A stretch of 41,128 nt of DNA, taken from the IMG/VR virus record IMGVR_UViG_3300032232_000305, positions 1 through 41,128 of that record. One strand, written 5' to 3'. The translations under genes were made by a program, and so were the position numbers. Below the pieces are notes generated by a model. That model did no database searches. It worked only from the letters and a program-made list of their open reading frames with translations, and was not told the origin of the DNA. Position 1 is the first letter of the stretch. Every line of letters starts with the position of its first letter. Below are positions 1 through 10,547 of the stretch, piece after piece. The stretch comes from a virus. Taxonomy: Duplodnaviria > Caudoviricetes.

Positions 1-123
1 ACATGATATTTCCTATCGGGTTGGAGGTGCTATACCACGGGATCCTTGTCCGCCACCAACTTTTTGCATATATTGAAGTTTTTGAAGTTCTTCTGGTGTT
101 TCACCAGCACCTTTAGAAAAAGT
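1..123. repeat. Terminal direct repeat, copy 1 (circular assembly overlap)
   Basis: Bases 1-123 are identical to 41006-41128. Joining them places the stop of ORF 13..1155 just upstream of the ATG of ORF 40773..41009, with an AGGA RBS. Confidence 0.95.
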
Positions 124-1155
124 TAAAGCACTAAAAGCGGTTCCTATCCCAGGTATCATACCAAGCAAATTAAAACCAGATTCTCTTGCTGGGCCATAAT
201 TTCCTTGACGGGCTGCTTCTGCTGCTTGTGCCATTTCTGCTGCTGTCAAAGCAAGACCGGTAACACCAGCACCTTTTGCAATCTTAGTACCCCATGCTCC
301 ATAATTTTTAGGAGGTGGCATTCCACGTTCTTTTGCCACTTCTTTAGGAATACTGGGGCCAGCAACGTTTTCAGCTTGATAAACTTTAAATTGTTTGTAT
401 AGCTCTTGTGCTTTTTCGTAACTGCCAGCAGGCTTGCCTTCATTAAACATCGTAATAATTGACTTACGCAATTCAGGATGCTCGTTTGCTAACCAGCGAT
501 CACCAGGGCCACCACCAACTAATTCCGTCATTCCTTCAGGAACACTTTTAGGAGTTACTTTACGAGGTTTTTTAGCTGGAGGAGGAGCAGCACCTTCAGG
601 AGCAACATCAGGGGTTGTCAATGCTTCAATAGCCGCTTGTTCTGCCACATTTGGAGCAACAGGAGGTGCTACAGCAGCTTGTGGGACATTAGGTTGTGCA
701 ACAGGGGTTGTTTCTACAGGAGCTTGCACAATAGGTTGTGCAACAGGTACTTCTGATGTGGCTGGCAAACCAAACTTAGCTTTTAGCTCTTCAATAGTAG
801 GAACCGCAGGAGTTTGACTAGGTGTCAACGCTTGCACATCAAGTGAAGGCTCACCCATTGTTGGTCTTGTGGAAACGTCAAGGCCAGGATCAATCCTTGC
901 TGGAGCAGTAGCTTTTACTTTGTCTTTTAATGAGTCATAGATTGCTTTACCACCAAGCAAAGCACCACCAGCAGCAAGACCTCCAGCAACAGGCTTTAAC
1001 CAATCGTAAGCAGGAGCAACTTGCGTTTCTTGCTTAGTAGGCTCTTCCGTAATTGACTTACCGCCAGCACTTTCTCTAGCAATAACAGCTTCAATTTCAG
1101 CATCAGAGTATTTACCCTTTGCAGCATTTCTAAAACCTTCAGCATCAAAAGCCAT
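13..1155 (-). CDS. Putative internal virion/DNA ejection protein (Pro/Ala-rich)
   Basis: 380 aa; Gly/Ala hydrophobic stretches and a Pro-rich linker; last of the virion genes, where podophages keep ejection proteins. Confidence 0.55.
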   Translation of the reverse strand: MAFDAEGFRNAAKGKYSDAEIEAVIARESAGGKSITEEPTKQETQVAPAYDWLKPVAGGLAAGGALLGGKAIYDSLKDKVKATAPARIDPGLDVSTRPTMGEPSLDVQALTPSQTPAVPTIEELKAKFGLPATSEVPVAQPIVQAPVETTPVAQPNVPQAAVAPPVAPNVAEQAAIEALTTPDVAPEGAAPPPAKKPRKVTPKSVPEGMTELVGGGPGDRWLANEHPELRKSIITMFNEGKPAGSYEKAQELYKQFKVYQAENVAGPSIPKEVAKERGMPPPKNYGAWGTKIAKGAGVTGLALTAAEMAQAAEAARQGNYGPARESGFNLLGMIPGIGTAFSALTFSKGAGETPEELQKLQYMQKVGGGQGSRGIAPPTR

Positions 1156-1157
1156 GA

Positions 1158-2747
1158 TTATTTCTTCCTAAATTGAGAAGCCAAGGAATCAAGTGTTTCC
1201 TCTTTTCTTGCTGTTGCAGAAGGAGAAGAAGGAGGTCTTTGAGCAGTGGCAGTAGAAATATTTTGTGGAGCCAATCCTCCGACAGAAGATTCATTAAGCG
1301 AAGGTGCTTTTACATATCCTTCAAATTCTTTTTTAATTTTCCATGCTTCACCTTCAAAGGTACGCATTAAATCTTGATACTTTTTGGTACGAATAAACGC
1401 ATTTTCTAGTTCGCCAGCTTGAGGAATTTGACCATAAGCCTTCATAGCCTCTGTTTGTTGTTTTCTCCATCCTGCATATTCTTGCATTGCAGCAGCATTA
1501 AATTGAGCAAGGATGTTTTGCCCAGCACCAAGAGAAAACGCATCAAATGGCCCAGGATTAGCAGGATTAATTAGGAATGAAGGCGTTCCATGTTTTCCAA
1601 TTAATTCAGATGTTTTTTGCTCAAGTCGTTTGTTGTTTAGCAAAATCTGGTCAAAAGCTTTTTGCTGTTCAAACGTCATTTGTTTGTACAAACCAGAGTT
1701 AATTGCGTCTTGTTTGGTTTGCGTAAAGTTTTGCTCAAAATTACGATTTGAGCTATAAGATAGTTGAAGTTGGTCTAAACGTGATTTATCTACTTTTACA
1801 TTTTTAGAATCAGTAATAGAACCATCGCTACCAAGGGTTAGACCAAGAGCTTCAGCGGCTGCTTTTGCTACTGCCTTTTGTTGGTTATCCATACCAACAC
1901 CACGACTTCTAGTGTATTGGTCTAAAGCATTAAATCCGTTGTTGACGCTTTGAGCATCACCAATTTGTCGTGAGCTAAACGAAGCAATTTGAGCCTTTAA
2001 TTGAGGATCAAGATTAGAACTCATTAATTGTTTGTGCAATGCTGTGTTTTCAGCAGCAAGATTTCCCAATTCAGGAGAAGCAGCAGCATAATCCAATGCT
2101 TGAAAATTTGCTTTGTTTGACGCTTCAACATCAAAAGCTTGCATCGTTTTTCGAGCAATTCGTCCTAATGATTGTTCACGATCAGCAATACCACCCCCTC
2201 GAAGTTGATATTCTTCTGGAGACAAAAGTTGACCTGTACCAACATCTTTTACGCCTAAACGTTTGCCAAGCTCATTTCGAGTTTCTTCAAGTTGGCGTCC
2301 TTGATCGTCATAAGTAATAATTGTTTTAGGAGTACCACCAGTAATAAACAAACGAGCATCAGGGTTGCCCATAAGCTTTTCACCAATAGCACGAAGCCAT
2401 TGTGGTTTGTCTGCTTGATCTTCAAATACTTTTGCAGCAGCAATACGACCTTCAGGAGCATTAATGCCCCCTGCTTTAATAATAGGAGCAGTAATTTGAC
2501 TAAGCCTAGTGTCATTTGCTACCATGATTTTTACAGCAGTATCTGCCAATAATTGAACATCAGTTCCTTTTGCATTTTGTGCAACTCTAGTCATTTCAGC
2601 AGGATTACCGGAATCAACAGCCTTCATGTAAGAATCACGAATGTCAGGCTCTGGAGCCACAACAGTAGGAACAGGAGCCATTGCATTACTTTGCATTGGT
2701 ACTAATGGTTGCAAACTAGGAGGTGCTACTGCGTCATTGAGTGCCAT
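1158..2747 (-). CDS. Putative DNA ejection/internal core protein
   Basis: 529 aa, Ala/Gln-rich and helical-looking; position after the tail genes. Confidence 0.55.
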   Translation of the reverse strand: MALNDAVAPPSLQPLVPMQSNAMAPVPTVVAPEPDIRDSYMKAVDSGNPAEMTRVAQNAKGTDVQLLADTAVKIMVANDTRLSQITAPIIKAGGINAPEGRIAAAKVFEDQADKPQWLRAIGEKLMGNPDARLFITGGTPKTIITYDDQGRQLEETRNELGKRLGVKDVGTGQLLSPEEYQLRGGGIADREQSLGRIARKTMQAFDVEASNKANFQALDYAAASPELGNLAAENTALHKQLMSSNLDPQLKAQIASFSSRQIGDAQSVNNGFNALDQYTRSRGVGMDNQQKAVAKAAAEALGLTLGSDGSITDSKNVKVDKSRLDQLQLSYSSNRNFEQNFTQTKQDAINSGLYKQMTFEQQKAFDQILLNNKRLEQKTSELIGKHGTPSFLINPANPGPFDAFSLGAGQNILAQFNAAAMQEYAGWRKQQTEAMKAYGQIPQAGELENAFIRTKKYQDLMRTFEGEAWKIKKEFEGYVKAPSLNESSVGGLAPQNISTATAQRPPSSPSATARKEETLDSLASQFRKK

Positions 2748-2749
2748 GA

Positions 2750-3067
2750 TTATTGTTTCCCAAAAGTTGGAAGATGAGAAAACAGACCACCAAATGCTTG
2801 ACTAAAAGATGTTCTTTCATCTTCAGGATTTTGCATTACTTGATTAGAAATTGCAGCAGTAGGCATTGCATTTTGCATATTTGGATTCGGTGGTACTACT
2901 GGCTTATCTTTGGTAACAAGAGAAGTCAATTGCGGTGGAACACCCATACTTGTTAAGGCTGCTCCAAGCAAAAATTGACCAAGACCTTTACCTTCTCCAG
3001 AAGCTCCAGAAAAACTCATGTCTTGATTAAGTTGACCCATGCCAACATTGCCAAATGCTGTCGCCAT
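2750..3067 (-). CDS. Small putative ejection/virion protein
   Basis: 105 aa, Gly/Met/Gln-rich; tightly packed in the operon. Confidence 0.5.
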   Translation of the reverse strand: MATAFGNVGMGQLNQDMSFSGASGEGKGLGQFLLGAALTSMGVPPQLTSLVTKDKPVVPPNPNMQNAMPTAAISNQVMQNPEDERTSFSQAFGGLFSHLPTFGKQ

Positions 3068-3076
3068 AATAAATCC

Positions 3077-3799
3077 TTAGATTTTAAAACCGCTGCTTTT
3101 GCTGGAGCCAGTAGACGTACCACCTTGCGTACCAGCATAGTTGGGATTGGTAGAAGCTTGAGGCGTACCAAACACAATAGAAGCGTACTTGCTGTACAGG
3201 TCTTGTGGCGCTCCAGCGTATCCAATACGAGAAGCAGCGGCTTGATTTGCAGCGGTTAACCCTTGACCACCGATAGCAGCCAGTTGGTTAGCAGCAGCAG
3301 CTTTGTTAGCCTGAACCTGGGCTTGCGCTCCAGCAGCAGCAGTAGCCTGACGTTGTGCGTTTAGACCGGCTAGATTGGTGTCTGCCAAGGCCATACGAGC
3401 CGATCCTAGACCACCAGCACCACCGTACATAGTGTTCTGTCCCATTTGTGATTCACGAGCAGATTCCCGTCCTGCTTGCAGTGCAGCATTGACTTGGTTC
3501 TTTTCGTAATTGGGGTCAAACAAAGATTGAAGACCTTGTACACCGGACAACAAACTACCAGCACCTACAGCACCCTGTAAAGCACCTGTACCGGCAGCTA
3601 CATCAGATGCAGTACCAGCAGCACTTTTTACCCCACCAGCAGAAGTGTCGTATATATTTCTTGCACCGGTTACCGTATTTTGGTAAGCAGGAAGAAACGT
3701 ATTCTTTAATGCGGCATTTTGTATCGCAATAGTTTCTTTTTGTTCAGGAGTCATCTGAACAGTGTTTGTCTGAGTACCAGACGATTTACCCATTCCCAT
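3077..3799 (-). CDS. Putative DNA ejection (pilot) protein, P22 gp7-like in composition
   Basis: 240 aa, very Gly/Ala-rich, N-terminus MGMGKSSGTQT, Ser/Gly tail; typical of podophage ejection proteins. Confidence 0.6.
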   Translation of the reverse strand: MGMGKSSGTQTNTVQMTPEQKETIAIQNAALKNTFLPAYQNTVTGARNIYDTSAGGVKSAAGTASDVAAGTGALQGAVGAGSLLSGVQGLQSLFDPNYEKNQVNAALQAGRESARESQMGQNTMYGGAGGLGSARMALADTNLAGLNAQRQATAAAGAQAQVQANKAAAANQLAAIGGQGLTAANQAAASRIGYAGAPQDLYSKYASIVFGTPQASTNPNYAGTQGGTSTGSSKSSGFKI

Positions 3800-3804
3800 G
3801 ATAA

Positions 3805-4131
3805 TTACCCCTTGCCTTTGCTAGATGAACCAGAATTATCGGCAGAACCCTTGCCGCTAGGTTTAGATGAATTATCCCACATACCGTTTTGTCCAGCATC
3901 ACCTTGAGTCATATTTGGGTCAATGGTATTAGAGTATGCGTTTGGCATACCCATCTCTGGTTGACCGCCTTGACCTGGAAACGTTAAAGCCCCTTGAGAT
4001 CCTTGCATTTGCTCTGGAGCCGCATATTCTTGAGAACCACCCTTGCCGCTAGGAGACGATTGAGATGAAGCCACACCTTTTCCAGAGGATGAACTCTGAG
4101 GTGATTGAACTTGTGCTGATGGTGCGCCCAT
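3805..4131 (-). CDS. Low-complexity Ser/Gly/Gln protein with repeated SGKG
   Basis: 108 aa, in the operon with 3-5 nt gaps; SGKG three times plus a terminal SKGKG. Confidence 0.6.
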   Translation of the reverse strand: MGAPSAQVQSPQSSSSGKGVASSQSSPSGKGGSQEYAAPEQMQGSQGALTFPGQGGQPEMGMPNAYSNTIDPNMTQGDAGQNGMWDNSSKPSGKGSADNSGSSSKGKG

Positions 4132-4134
4132 AAT

Positions 4135-4548
4135 TTACTCCGGTTTGGAAGGCCAAATAATATTAAAAGGGTCAGATTGCGTTGTTATATCACGCAATTC
4201 CTGACGATAAGTTGCCCATGCCGCTTTGGTGCTTATTTTTACATCAGGCATTTGAGTCCAATCAGATTCAGCAAGAAGCTTGTTGCGTTGAGTTTTTACT
4301 ACTACCCATTGCGTTTGATTTGTCCTTGGATCAACCCATTGCTTTGTGTCATAGTTAAATATGCAGTATTCATTTGGTTTCTCAGGCATATTAACAACAG
4401 ATTTTGTTTCAACATTTACATATTGAGACTGTTGGTCTGCTTTAACAAAAAGACAAAATGGATTTAATTTTAAAAACTCTTCTTTTGAAACTTGTGTGTT
4501 TCCAGTGCAAGTAATTTGCCCAGTATTGTTGTATATTAAATAAATCAT
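4135..4548 (-). CDS. Tail fibre assembly chaperone
   Basis: C-terminal RNKLLAESDWTQMPD...WATYRQELRDIT...WPSKP is the characteristic phage tail assembly chaperone motif; directly downstream of a fibre gene. Confidence 0.85.
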   Translation of the reverse strand: MIYLIYNNTGQITCTGNTQVSKEEFLKLNPFCLFVKADQQSQYVNVETKSVVNMPEKPNEYCIFNYDTKQWVDPRTNQTQWVVVKTQRNKLLAESDWTQMPDVKISTKAAWATYRQELRDITTQSDPFNIIWPSKPE

Positions 4549-6845
4549 TTTTTAAATTCTGATATAAGAATATTTGCTCTTTCGCAACGAGTTCCTCCAC
4601 CAGAAGTTCCCATTAATGACAATTTAAAATAATAACTTCCAGCAGAAAGATTTGTTTTTGTAATTCCACAAAATGAAGCTCCCATTGCATCAATTGCAAT
4701 GTATCCAAGCAATGTTTCATCAATAATTGTCCAGTTAGTTCCATCTTGTGATATGGAAATTCTTCCGTAACCAAAAGAAAAACCTCCACCAAGGATTAAC
4801 ATTGGATTCCATTGAATTACTACAATTCCAGTTCCAGTTATGTAAGTGTATGGGGTTGTTAAATAGTCATACCATTGCGTTCCATTTGGCATGTCTAATT
4901 GCGTAGTGTTTTGTGCAATTGTAGAAAATGTTACAGCTTGACCTGCAATATTTAACGTTTCTACTTGTAGATCGCCAATCTTTGCCGTGGTAATTGTTGC
5001 ATCAGCTATTGCTCCATTTGCAGCAGTAATACTATTTGCTGCCATGTTTGCAGCGGAAATAGTAGCCGCTGCAATTTTCGTTGCTGTAATAGTATTAGCA
5101 GCAATCCTGTCACCAGTAATAGTATTGGCAGCAATCTTATCGCCGGTAATTGTGTTTTGAACAATTAGACTTCCGGTTATATAAGTAGTAAATAACGTCC
5201 AAGAAGTGATGTACCGATAAACAACTGCATTATTGAAATTGTTGTAGCTTACTGTGCATATATCTCCAGCAACAGGAGTTCTTCCAAGAATGGCAGATAC
5301 TTCGGAATTGGTTGGAGGAGAACTATCATTTGCAACCCGTGTAATTACAAACGTAGCAGCACCATTGGCTCCAGATGATCCAGTAGGGCCAACAGTTCCG
5401 TTGTAAGCAATAGCTCGAATAGGATTACCTGTGTCTGTCCAATCCAACGTTGAAGTGGTGGTTGTAGCACTTGCGTTTAAAGGATAGGTAATAGTCCAAA
5501 GATAATTGCCTTGAGTGGTGTTGCTAGGAGCAGACGAAGACCACCCACTAGGAGCCGTATAAGCCCCTGTAGCCCATGTAAACGTCGATGTCGTAGTAGG
5601 TCTAGTAGGAGGGGTAGAAGAGCCTGTCCACTGGTAAATAGTGGGAAAGGCAGACATCACACCATTAGCACCAGCAGTACCAGCAGCACCGTTGTAGACA
5701 ACAGGCATAACTATTGTCTTACTACCTGGGCTTGTTAGATTTGACCCGTTAACAGTCAACACTACCGTTATAGACGTAGCAGAAGAGTTAGGCGTTATAA
5801 CAACAGACGATGATGTAGAAGATGTTGGTGTCGCGCCTGTTATTGACCAGTTGTAAGTAGGACTAGTAACGTTAGTCGTTATGGCTGACAACGTGGCTGT
5901 AGCTGGAGTAAATGCTCCACCAGCATTTTGGGTAAACGAGGAGTATCCTGAAATGTCAATTGTTGGGCCAGAAAAACCTGTAGCACCAGGGTCTGCAAAC
6001 AAAAACTGAACAGTTGCTACTGCTGCTTGAGTAACAGCACCAAGATTGTTTTTATAACGAATTGGAACACTTATGTAAGCAGGGTTTGCCGACATTGCCG
6101 TTGGTGCAGGCCATATCGCAAAATCACCGCCATCAGTAGGACTACCAACCGTTATGTTTGTATAAGATATATCCCCGTTACCCGTGGTAGAAGAATTGCC
6201 AATACGCCATGAATTGTTTACAAAACCAACGTTTGAGTCTGTTTGGGCATCTGTAAACGGAACAACAGTGCCTCCTTCAATAGAATACAAAGCCGCATTA
6301 ATTCCAGTAAAACTAGGAGTTAGCGGCAATCCAGACCTAGGAACTTGTAACGTGCTTGGTGTGAAATAAGAGAAAAACGTTTCTGCAATAACAGGAATGT
6401 TTCCGGAGGTAACAACGTCCAAGTCAATAGACGTACTTGGGTCAATCAACCATCCTGTATCTGGAGCAGATGTAGAAACAGCAAATTGAATTTGTCTACC
6501 ACCAGTAGAAACATACCAAAGAAACTTGGTTGTACCAAAACCACCTGTTACTTTATTCCAAATGTAATCAGTGTAGTTAGACGATTCAGAAGCATCGTCA
6601 TTGTTTCTAAGGCCAAAATACTGACGGTTTGTTGGTGAGTTACTGAAGTTTACAGACCCGTCAAACGAATCTGCGTATTTCACCGCCATGTATTTATACA
6701 GGTAACTAAGAATGTTTCCTGTTGGGCCTTTAACCTCACCTGTATTAGGATCGGTAGTAATGCCTGTACTAAAGTTGCTTAATAGGTAATTAATCGCTTC
6801 AGATATTTCTGATTGCGAAGGATTACCGTCAAGAGCATAAGGCAT
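4545..6845 (-). CDS. Tail fibre / host-specificity protein
   Basis: 766 aa, Thr/Ser/Gly-rich, short Gly-X-X stretches, ITGDKIAANTIT-type 10-aa repeats, followed by a chaperone gene. Confidence 0.75.
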   Translation of the reverse strand: MPYALDGNPSQSEISEAINYLLSNFSTGITTDPNTGEVKGPTGNILSYLYKYMAVKYADSFDGSVNFSNSPTNRQYFGLRNNDDASESSNYTDYIWNKVTGGFGTTKFLWYVSTGGRQIQFAVSTSAPDTGWLIDPSTSIDLDVVTSGNIPVIAETFFSYFTPSTLQVPRSGLPLTPSFTGINAALYSIEGGTVVPFTDAQTDSNVGFVNNSWRIGNSSTTGNGDISYTNITVGSPTDGGDFAIWPAPTAMSANPAYISVPIRYKNNLGAVTQAAVATVQFLFADPGATGFSGPTIDISGYSSFTQNAGGAFTPATATLSAITTNVTSPTYNWSITGATPTSSTSSSVVITPNSSATSITVVLTVNGSNLTSPGSKTIVMPVVYNGAAGTAGANGVMSAFPTIYQWTGSSTPPTRPTTTSTFTWATGAYTAPSGWSSSAPSNTTQGNYLWTITYPLNASATTTTSTLDWTDTGNPIRAIAYNGTVGPTGSSGANGAATFVITRVANDSSPPTNSEVSAILGRTPVAGDICTVSYNNFNNAVVYRYITSWTLFTTYITGSLIVQNTITGDKIAANTITGDRIAANTITATKIAAATISAANMAANSITAANGAIADATITTAKIGDLQVETLNIAGQAVTFSTIAQNTTQLDMPNGTQWYDYLTTPYTYITGTGIVVIQWNPMLILGGGFSFGYGRISISQDGTNWTIIDETLLGYIAIDAMGASFCGITKTNLSAGSYYFKLSLMGTSGGGTRCERANILISEFKK

Positions 6846-8458
6846 TAGAACGCATCCTCAGTAACTGTTGCTTGCCAGTTAATAGCTGTTAGATTCCAAG
6901 AATCCGTAGCATCATTAGACTGTACTTTAACAGAAACCGTTCTTACGTTGTTCTGCTGGCTAGTTACCCAAGGATTATCTGTAACTACAGCAACAGTCCC
7001 TGTTTGACCATAAACAGCCGGTTGAGCAGTAGAGTTAGATCCACCAGTAGTAATATTTACAATACCTGTCCCTGCTATCTCTGGAAGCAACCTGTGTATA
7101 TACAGTTTGGCACTGTATGGAACAGCACCTTTTTCCGTTTGCAACGTAACGTTATTGCGTTCAAATAGAGCAGGAATTGCTACACCATTAAACGAATTTC
7201 CAACACCGGTTTGGATAAGCTGGGAATCCGTAGTTCCACCCTTAGCGTAGGTAACAGTCCTAGAAGCGTACTTGAAAGCCCCGCTAACAAGCTTTGGAGC
7301 CTCGCAAGCACTACAGGCACTAACCACGTCTCTAGGTGCATTCCAGACCTGTAAATCGTACCTCCACGACAACATCTTGTTACACCATCCAGTAGACGTT
7401 AAATCGGGAAAGTAGATCTCAATTTGATTCTTTTGAGTATTGTTGACCATAAAAATACGGTCAGAATACGTTGGACTCAAGTTGTTGAAAAAGTAATCAC
7501 GGACTTTTTGGTTGCCAAGAGGAGAAAAATCTGATCCGTTGAATACCCAGATGTCCCTGCTATCAACACCATAAACGTTGGAGTCTGTGTTAGACCAGCA
7601 ATTGTTGTTTATTAGCCCACGACCTTGGTTAAACAGTCGAATGCCAAAAATTGGTGCTGTGCTGTTTTGATAAGCAATAGGAGAGAAAACAACCGTATCC
7701 CAATAAGAACAAACGTAGAAGTTTCCACCTAAAAAGAAACCGTCAACAATAGGGCCACGAACGGGTATTTCTTGTTCGTTAGCAACGTTAGAAAGAGTAG
7801 GAATCCAAGTCGCAGGAACTCCCGTGCCTGCAAATGCTTGTGACCAACGAACGGTAGTTGGATAGTTAACAGTAAGACCACTGCTGAATTCTTTTGTAAT
7901 GTTTCCAGCAATCAAGATGTTTCCCACGTTTGGAGAACAATAGTTGCGTACAAATTCAGCACGAGTTGCCGTTACTCCAATATCGTAATTCCAAACGTAG
8001 TTATCAGGAGCAGCACCATACAGATAGATTTCTGTTGCTGTTGGCAGGAAATACATTGGCGCTCTAAGAGCATCATTGATGAAAAACACATTGCCAACCC
8101 AAGAAGTTGTAATGTTTACATCATCTGAATAACCTGACAGTGCAACGTTTGGATTTCCCCCCACTCCAGGTGTTATGTTTGTAATACCAGAGGACGTAAC
8201 CATGTACCACTTACCCTCACGAGTAGCAGCAATGTACACCCAAGCGTTGTTGTTTCTAAATCCACCATCCATGAATACTACGTTGCCAGGGATAGCGGAA
8301 AGAATAGACTGCTCACCCGAAACCTTCTTGATCCCACGGACATCAGCTTCAACGTTTGTTCCGCTGTTGTATTCGTTAGGGCCAAGTGCGTTTGAAGGCA
8401 CATCCGGTGTAAAGCTCATGTTTACAAACGGAGTGCGAAGACGGGTAAAGTCAGTCAT
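6845..8458 (-). CDS. Tail nozzle / tubular protein B-like (P22 gp10/T7 gp12 analogue)
   Basis: 537 aa, beta-rich with repeated aromatic strands (TVRWS, DIWVFNG); size and position fit. Confidence 0.6.
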   Translation of the reverse strand: MTDFTRLRTPFVNMSFTPDVPSNALGPNEYNSGTNVEADVRGIKKVSGEQSILSAIPGNVVFMDGGFRNNNAWVYIAATREGKWYMVTSSGITNITPGVGGNPNVALSGYSDDVNITTSWVGNVFFINDALRAPMYFLPTATEIYLYGAAPDNYVWNYDIGVTATRAEFVRNYCSPNVGNILIAGNITKEFSSGLTVNYPTTVRWSQAFAGTGVPATWIPTLSNVANEQEIPVRGPIVDGFFLGGNFYVCSYWDTVVFSPIAYQNSTAPIFGIRLFNQGRGLINNNCWSNTDSNVYGVDSRDIWVFNGSDFSPLGNQKVRDYFFNNLSPTYSDRIFMVNNTQKNQIEIYFPDLTSTGWCNKMLSWRYDLQVWNAPRDVVSACSACEAPKLVSGAFKYASRTVTYAKGGTTDSQLIQTGVGNSFNGVAIPALFERNNVTLQTEKGAVPYSAKLYIHRLLPEIAGTGIVNITTGGSNSTAQPAVYGQTGTVAVVTDNPWVTSQQNNVRTVSVKVQSNDATDSWNLTAINWQATVTEDAF

Positions 8459-8474
8459 AATTTAATCTGTTACT

Positions 8475-8693
8475 TTAATCATAAATTTCAATAATTTCTA
8501 CCCATTGTTGCTCAGATTGGCTCCATGACCAATTACCTTCTGGCTGTACTGGACGTACTACCCACCCTGGTGGATACCACCATACAACCTCGTAACCTTC
8601 TGCAACAGGGTTTGGAGGATAGTCAACTTCAATCCAGCCGTCAGTGCCATCTGTATCGGTTTTGGGAATTGATCCAAGTTTTGAGTACAACAT
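8475..8693 (-). CDS. Small Trp/Pro-rich protein, possible fibre accessory
   Basis: 72 aa directly after the LamG gene; WSWSQSEQQW end. Confidence 0.55.
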   Translation of the reverse strand: MLYSKLGSIPKTDTDGTDGWIEVDYPPNPVAEGYEVVWWYPPGWVVRPVQPEGNWSWSQSEQQWVEIIEIYD

Positions 8694-8698
8694 ATTTT

Positions 8699-10153
8699 TT
8701 ACCTGTTAGGGAATGCTTGTTGTGGGGATGTAAAGTTTGCCGTGTACCTAGCAACACCTTTAGTAATACGCAGATCATCTATGTAACCGGCTAACGGAGT
8801 AGTGCCTGTTCTACTTGCTCCAACATACAAAATATTGGTTTGATTAAAGTTATCTGTTACCGCGCCACCACTTGTAGCATCTGCTGTTCCGTTAAGATAA
8901 ATTACTAAATTACCCGCGCCGCTACCAGATCGAACTACGGCAAAGTAGTACCATGTACTCGCAGATAATTCCGTGGCTCCGGTCAACGATGTAGCGGTAT
9001 AAACAAATTGCAATAGATTCCCAGACGTTACACCAACACTCCAACCAGTAGAGGCTGCGCCTTTGCTAATAATAGAATAAGCAGCCCCAGCGGTGTTTAT
9101 GTATACCCAACCTTCTATTGTAAAATCTCCTGTGCTTAACTGTAAATTTGTTTTGTCTGGGGCTGTTAACCATGCGCCAGTCCCACTAAACGACATTGAA
9201 CCAGTCCCATATTTAAATACGCTAGTTGAAATTTGTGCTGTACCTACAGTAATAAAATCATTTGCTATAGCGCTATCAAAAATACCTGCATTGGTAGACA
9301 AAAGCAACAAAGATGTATTAGTTACCGCAGTTAAAGGTATAGTAGATGGTGTAAAAGTTGTTGTGTAAAGGGCTGTTCCTTTTACAACGCGCATATTACT
9401 TATATAACCGTTAAATAGTGCAGAACCATCAGCAGCACTGCCTCCAGTGGTAAATGCGGCGGTATTGGTAGGAACAGTCCCAGATAATGTAGCAGTACCT
9501 CCCGACACCCCCCCAACCCATATTGTCCAAGTGCTAGTTGATCTAGTCACAGCAACATGAGTCCATGTATTAAGTGAAATTGATCTAGATGACGTAATAT
9601 TAACACCCCAAGTAGTACCATTTACAGTAGCTAACAAATTTGGCACTACTGTTCCAGAAGCAAAACCAAGACCAATACCCGCAGTTGTTGCTGAATCGGC
9701 TCTTTTGCTAAATATGTTCATATCACTTGCTGGAGTACCATTAAAATATACCCAACACTCTATTGTAAAATTACCAGCAGCCATATTTAAAACTGTGTTA
9801 TTAGCAGCATTTAAATAACCGGTTCCATTAAAATACATAGAACCACTGCTAACACTTGTTGAATATGGAGCCGTAATGTTAAATGGGTTAAAAGAACCCT
9901 GTGTAGCTGCACCGTTTCTAGTTATAGTTAGGTTATTAACGCTGCTATCAAGAAACGTATTGTTTTGCGCTCCATTAGTCCCATCTCCCTGCAACAACAT
10001 AGAAACGCTAGACCAAAAAGGATCAACAGTAGGAGGCCAAGCAGTGTTAATAAGTTGCGCTACTTCAGACTGTTTCCAAATACCATACGCTGCCGCGCTA
10101 GACGAAGCAGCAGCTGTAGAAGATAGGATTGAACCTTTGTACCTAGTGGACAT
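8699..10153 (-). CDS. Virion protein with two LamG/concanavalin A-like lectin domains
   Basis: Two copies of the pattern FTIE.WVY ... W..(V/F)AV.R ... GYI...R..KG.A.Y. Confidence 0.85.
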   Translation of the reverse strand: MSTRYKGSILSSTAAASSSAAAYGIWKQSEVAQLINTAWPPTVDPFWSSVSMLLQGDGTNGAQNNTFLDSSVNNLTITRNGAATQGSFNPFNITAPYSTSVSSGSMYFNGTGYLNAANNTVLNMAAGNFTIECWVYFNGTPASDMNIFSKRADSATTAGIGLGFASGTVVPNLLATVNGTTWGVNITSSRSISLNTWTHVAVTRSTSTWTIWVGGVSGGTATLSGTVPTNTAAFTTGGSAADGSALFNGYISNMRVVKGTALYTTTFTPSTIPLTAVTNTSLLLLSTNAGIFDSAIANDFITVGTAQISTSVFKYGTGSMSFSGTGAWLTAPDKTNLQLSTGDFTIEGWVYINTAGAAYSIISKGAASTGWSVGVTSGNLLQFVYTATSLTGATELSASTWYYFAVVRSGSGAGNLVIYLNGTADATSGGAVTDNFNQTNILYVGASRTGTTPLAGYIDDLRITKGVARYTANFTSPQQAFPNR

Positions 10154-10545
10154 TAGCTGATAGCCTCATACGAAGTCGTGTAAGTAATTGCAGATGCTGT
10201 ACCTGAAGTCACAGATATTGATGTTCCTTCTGTCAAATAAAACGCAGTGCTTTTGTCTACAACTACAACAGCAGAATTAGCAGGCACAGGAACTTGGGAA
10301 ATAATGGGGTACGCTGTGCCCCCTGAAGGTGCAGAACCTTGGGCTACCGCACCATTGGTATAAATAGAAACTGTTGCAGTTGCAGTAGTGCCGGTTACGT
10401 TTGCAGCCACCACGTTGTCTATTTTGTTAACTACGCCAGATGATGCTGCATTGGGCAATAACACAACCGCAGTAGTTCCGCTAGGAGTTAAATAAGTCGT
10501 ATTACCATAAATGGCTGATACGTTAACTATATTTGGGTTTGCCAT
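10153..10545 (-). CDS. Small virion/tail-associated protein
   Basis: 130 aa, beta-rich, MANPNIVNV start; lies between the fibre and LamG genes. Confidence 0.6.
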   Translation of the reverse strand: MANPNIVNVSAIYGNTTYLTPSGTTAVVLLPNAASSGVVNKIDNVVAANVTGTTATATVSIYTNGAVAQGSAPSGGTAYPIISQVPVPANSAVVVVDKSTAFYLTEGTSISVTSGTASAITYTTSYEAIS

Positions 10546-10547
10546 AA

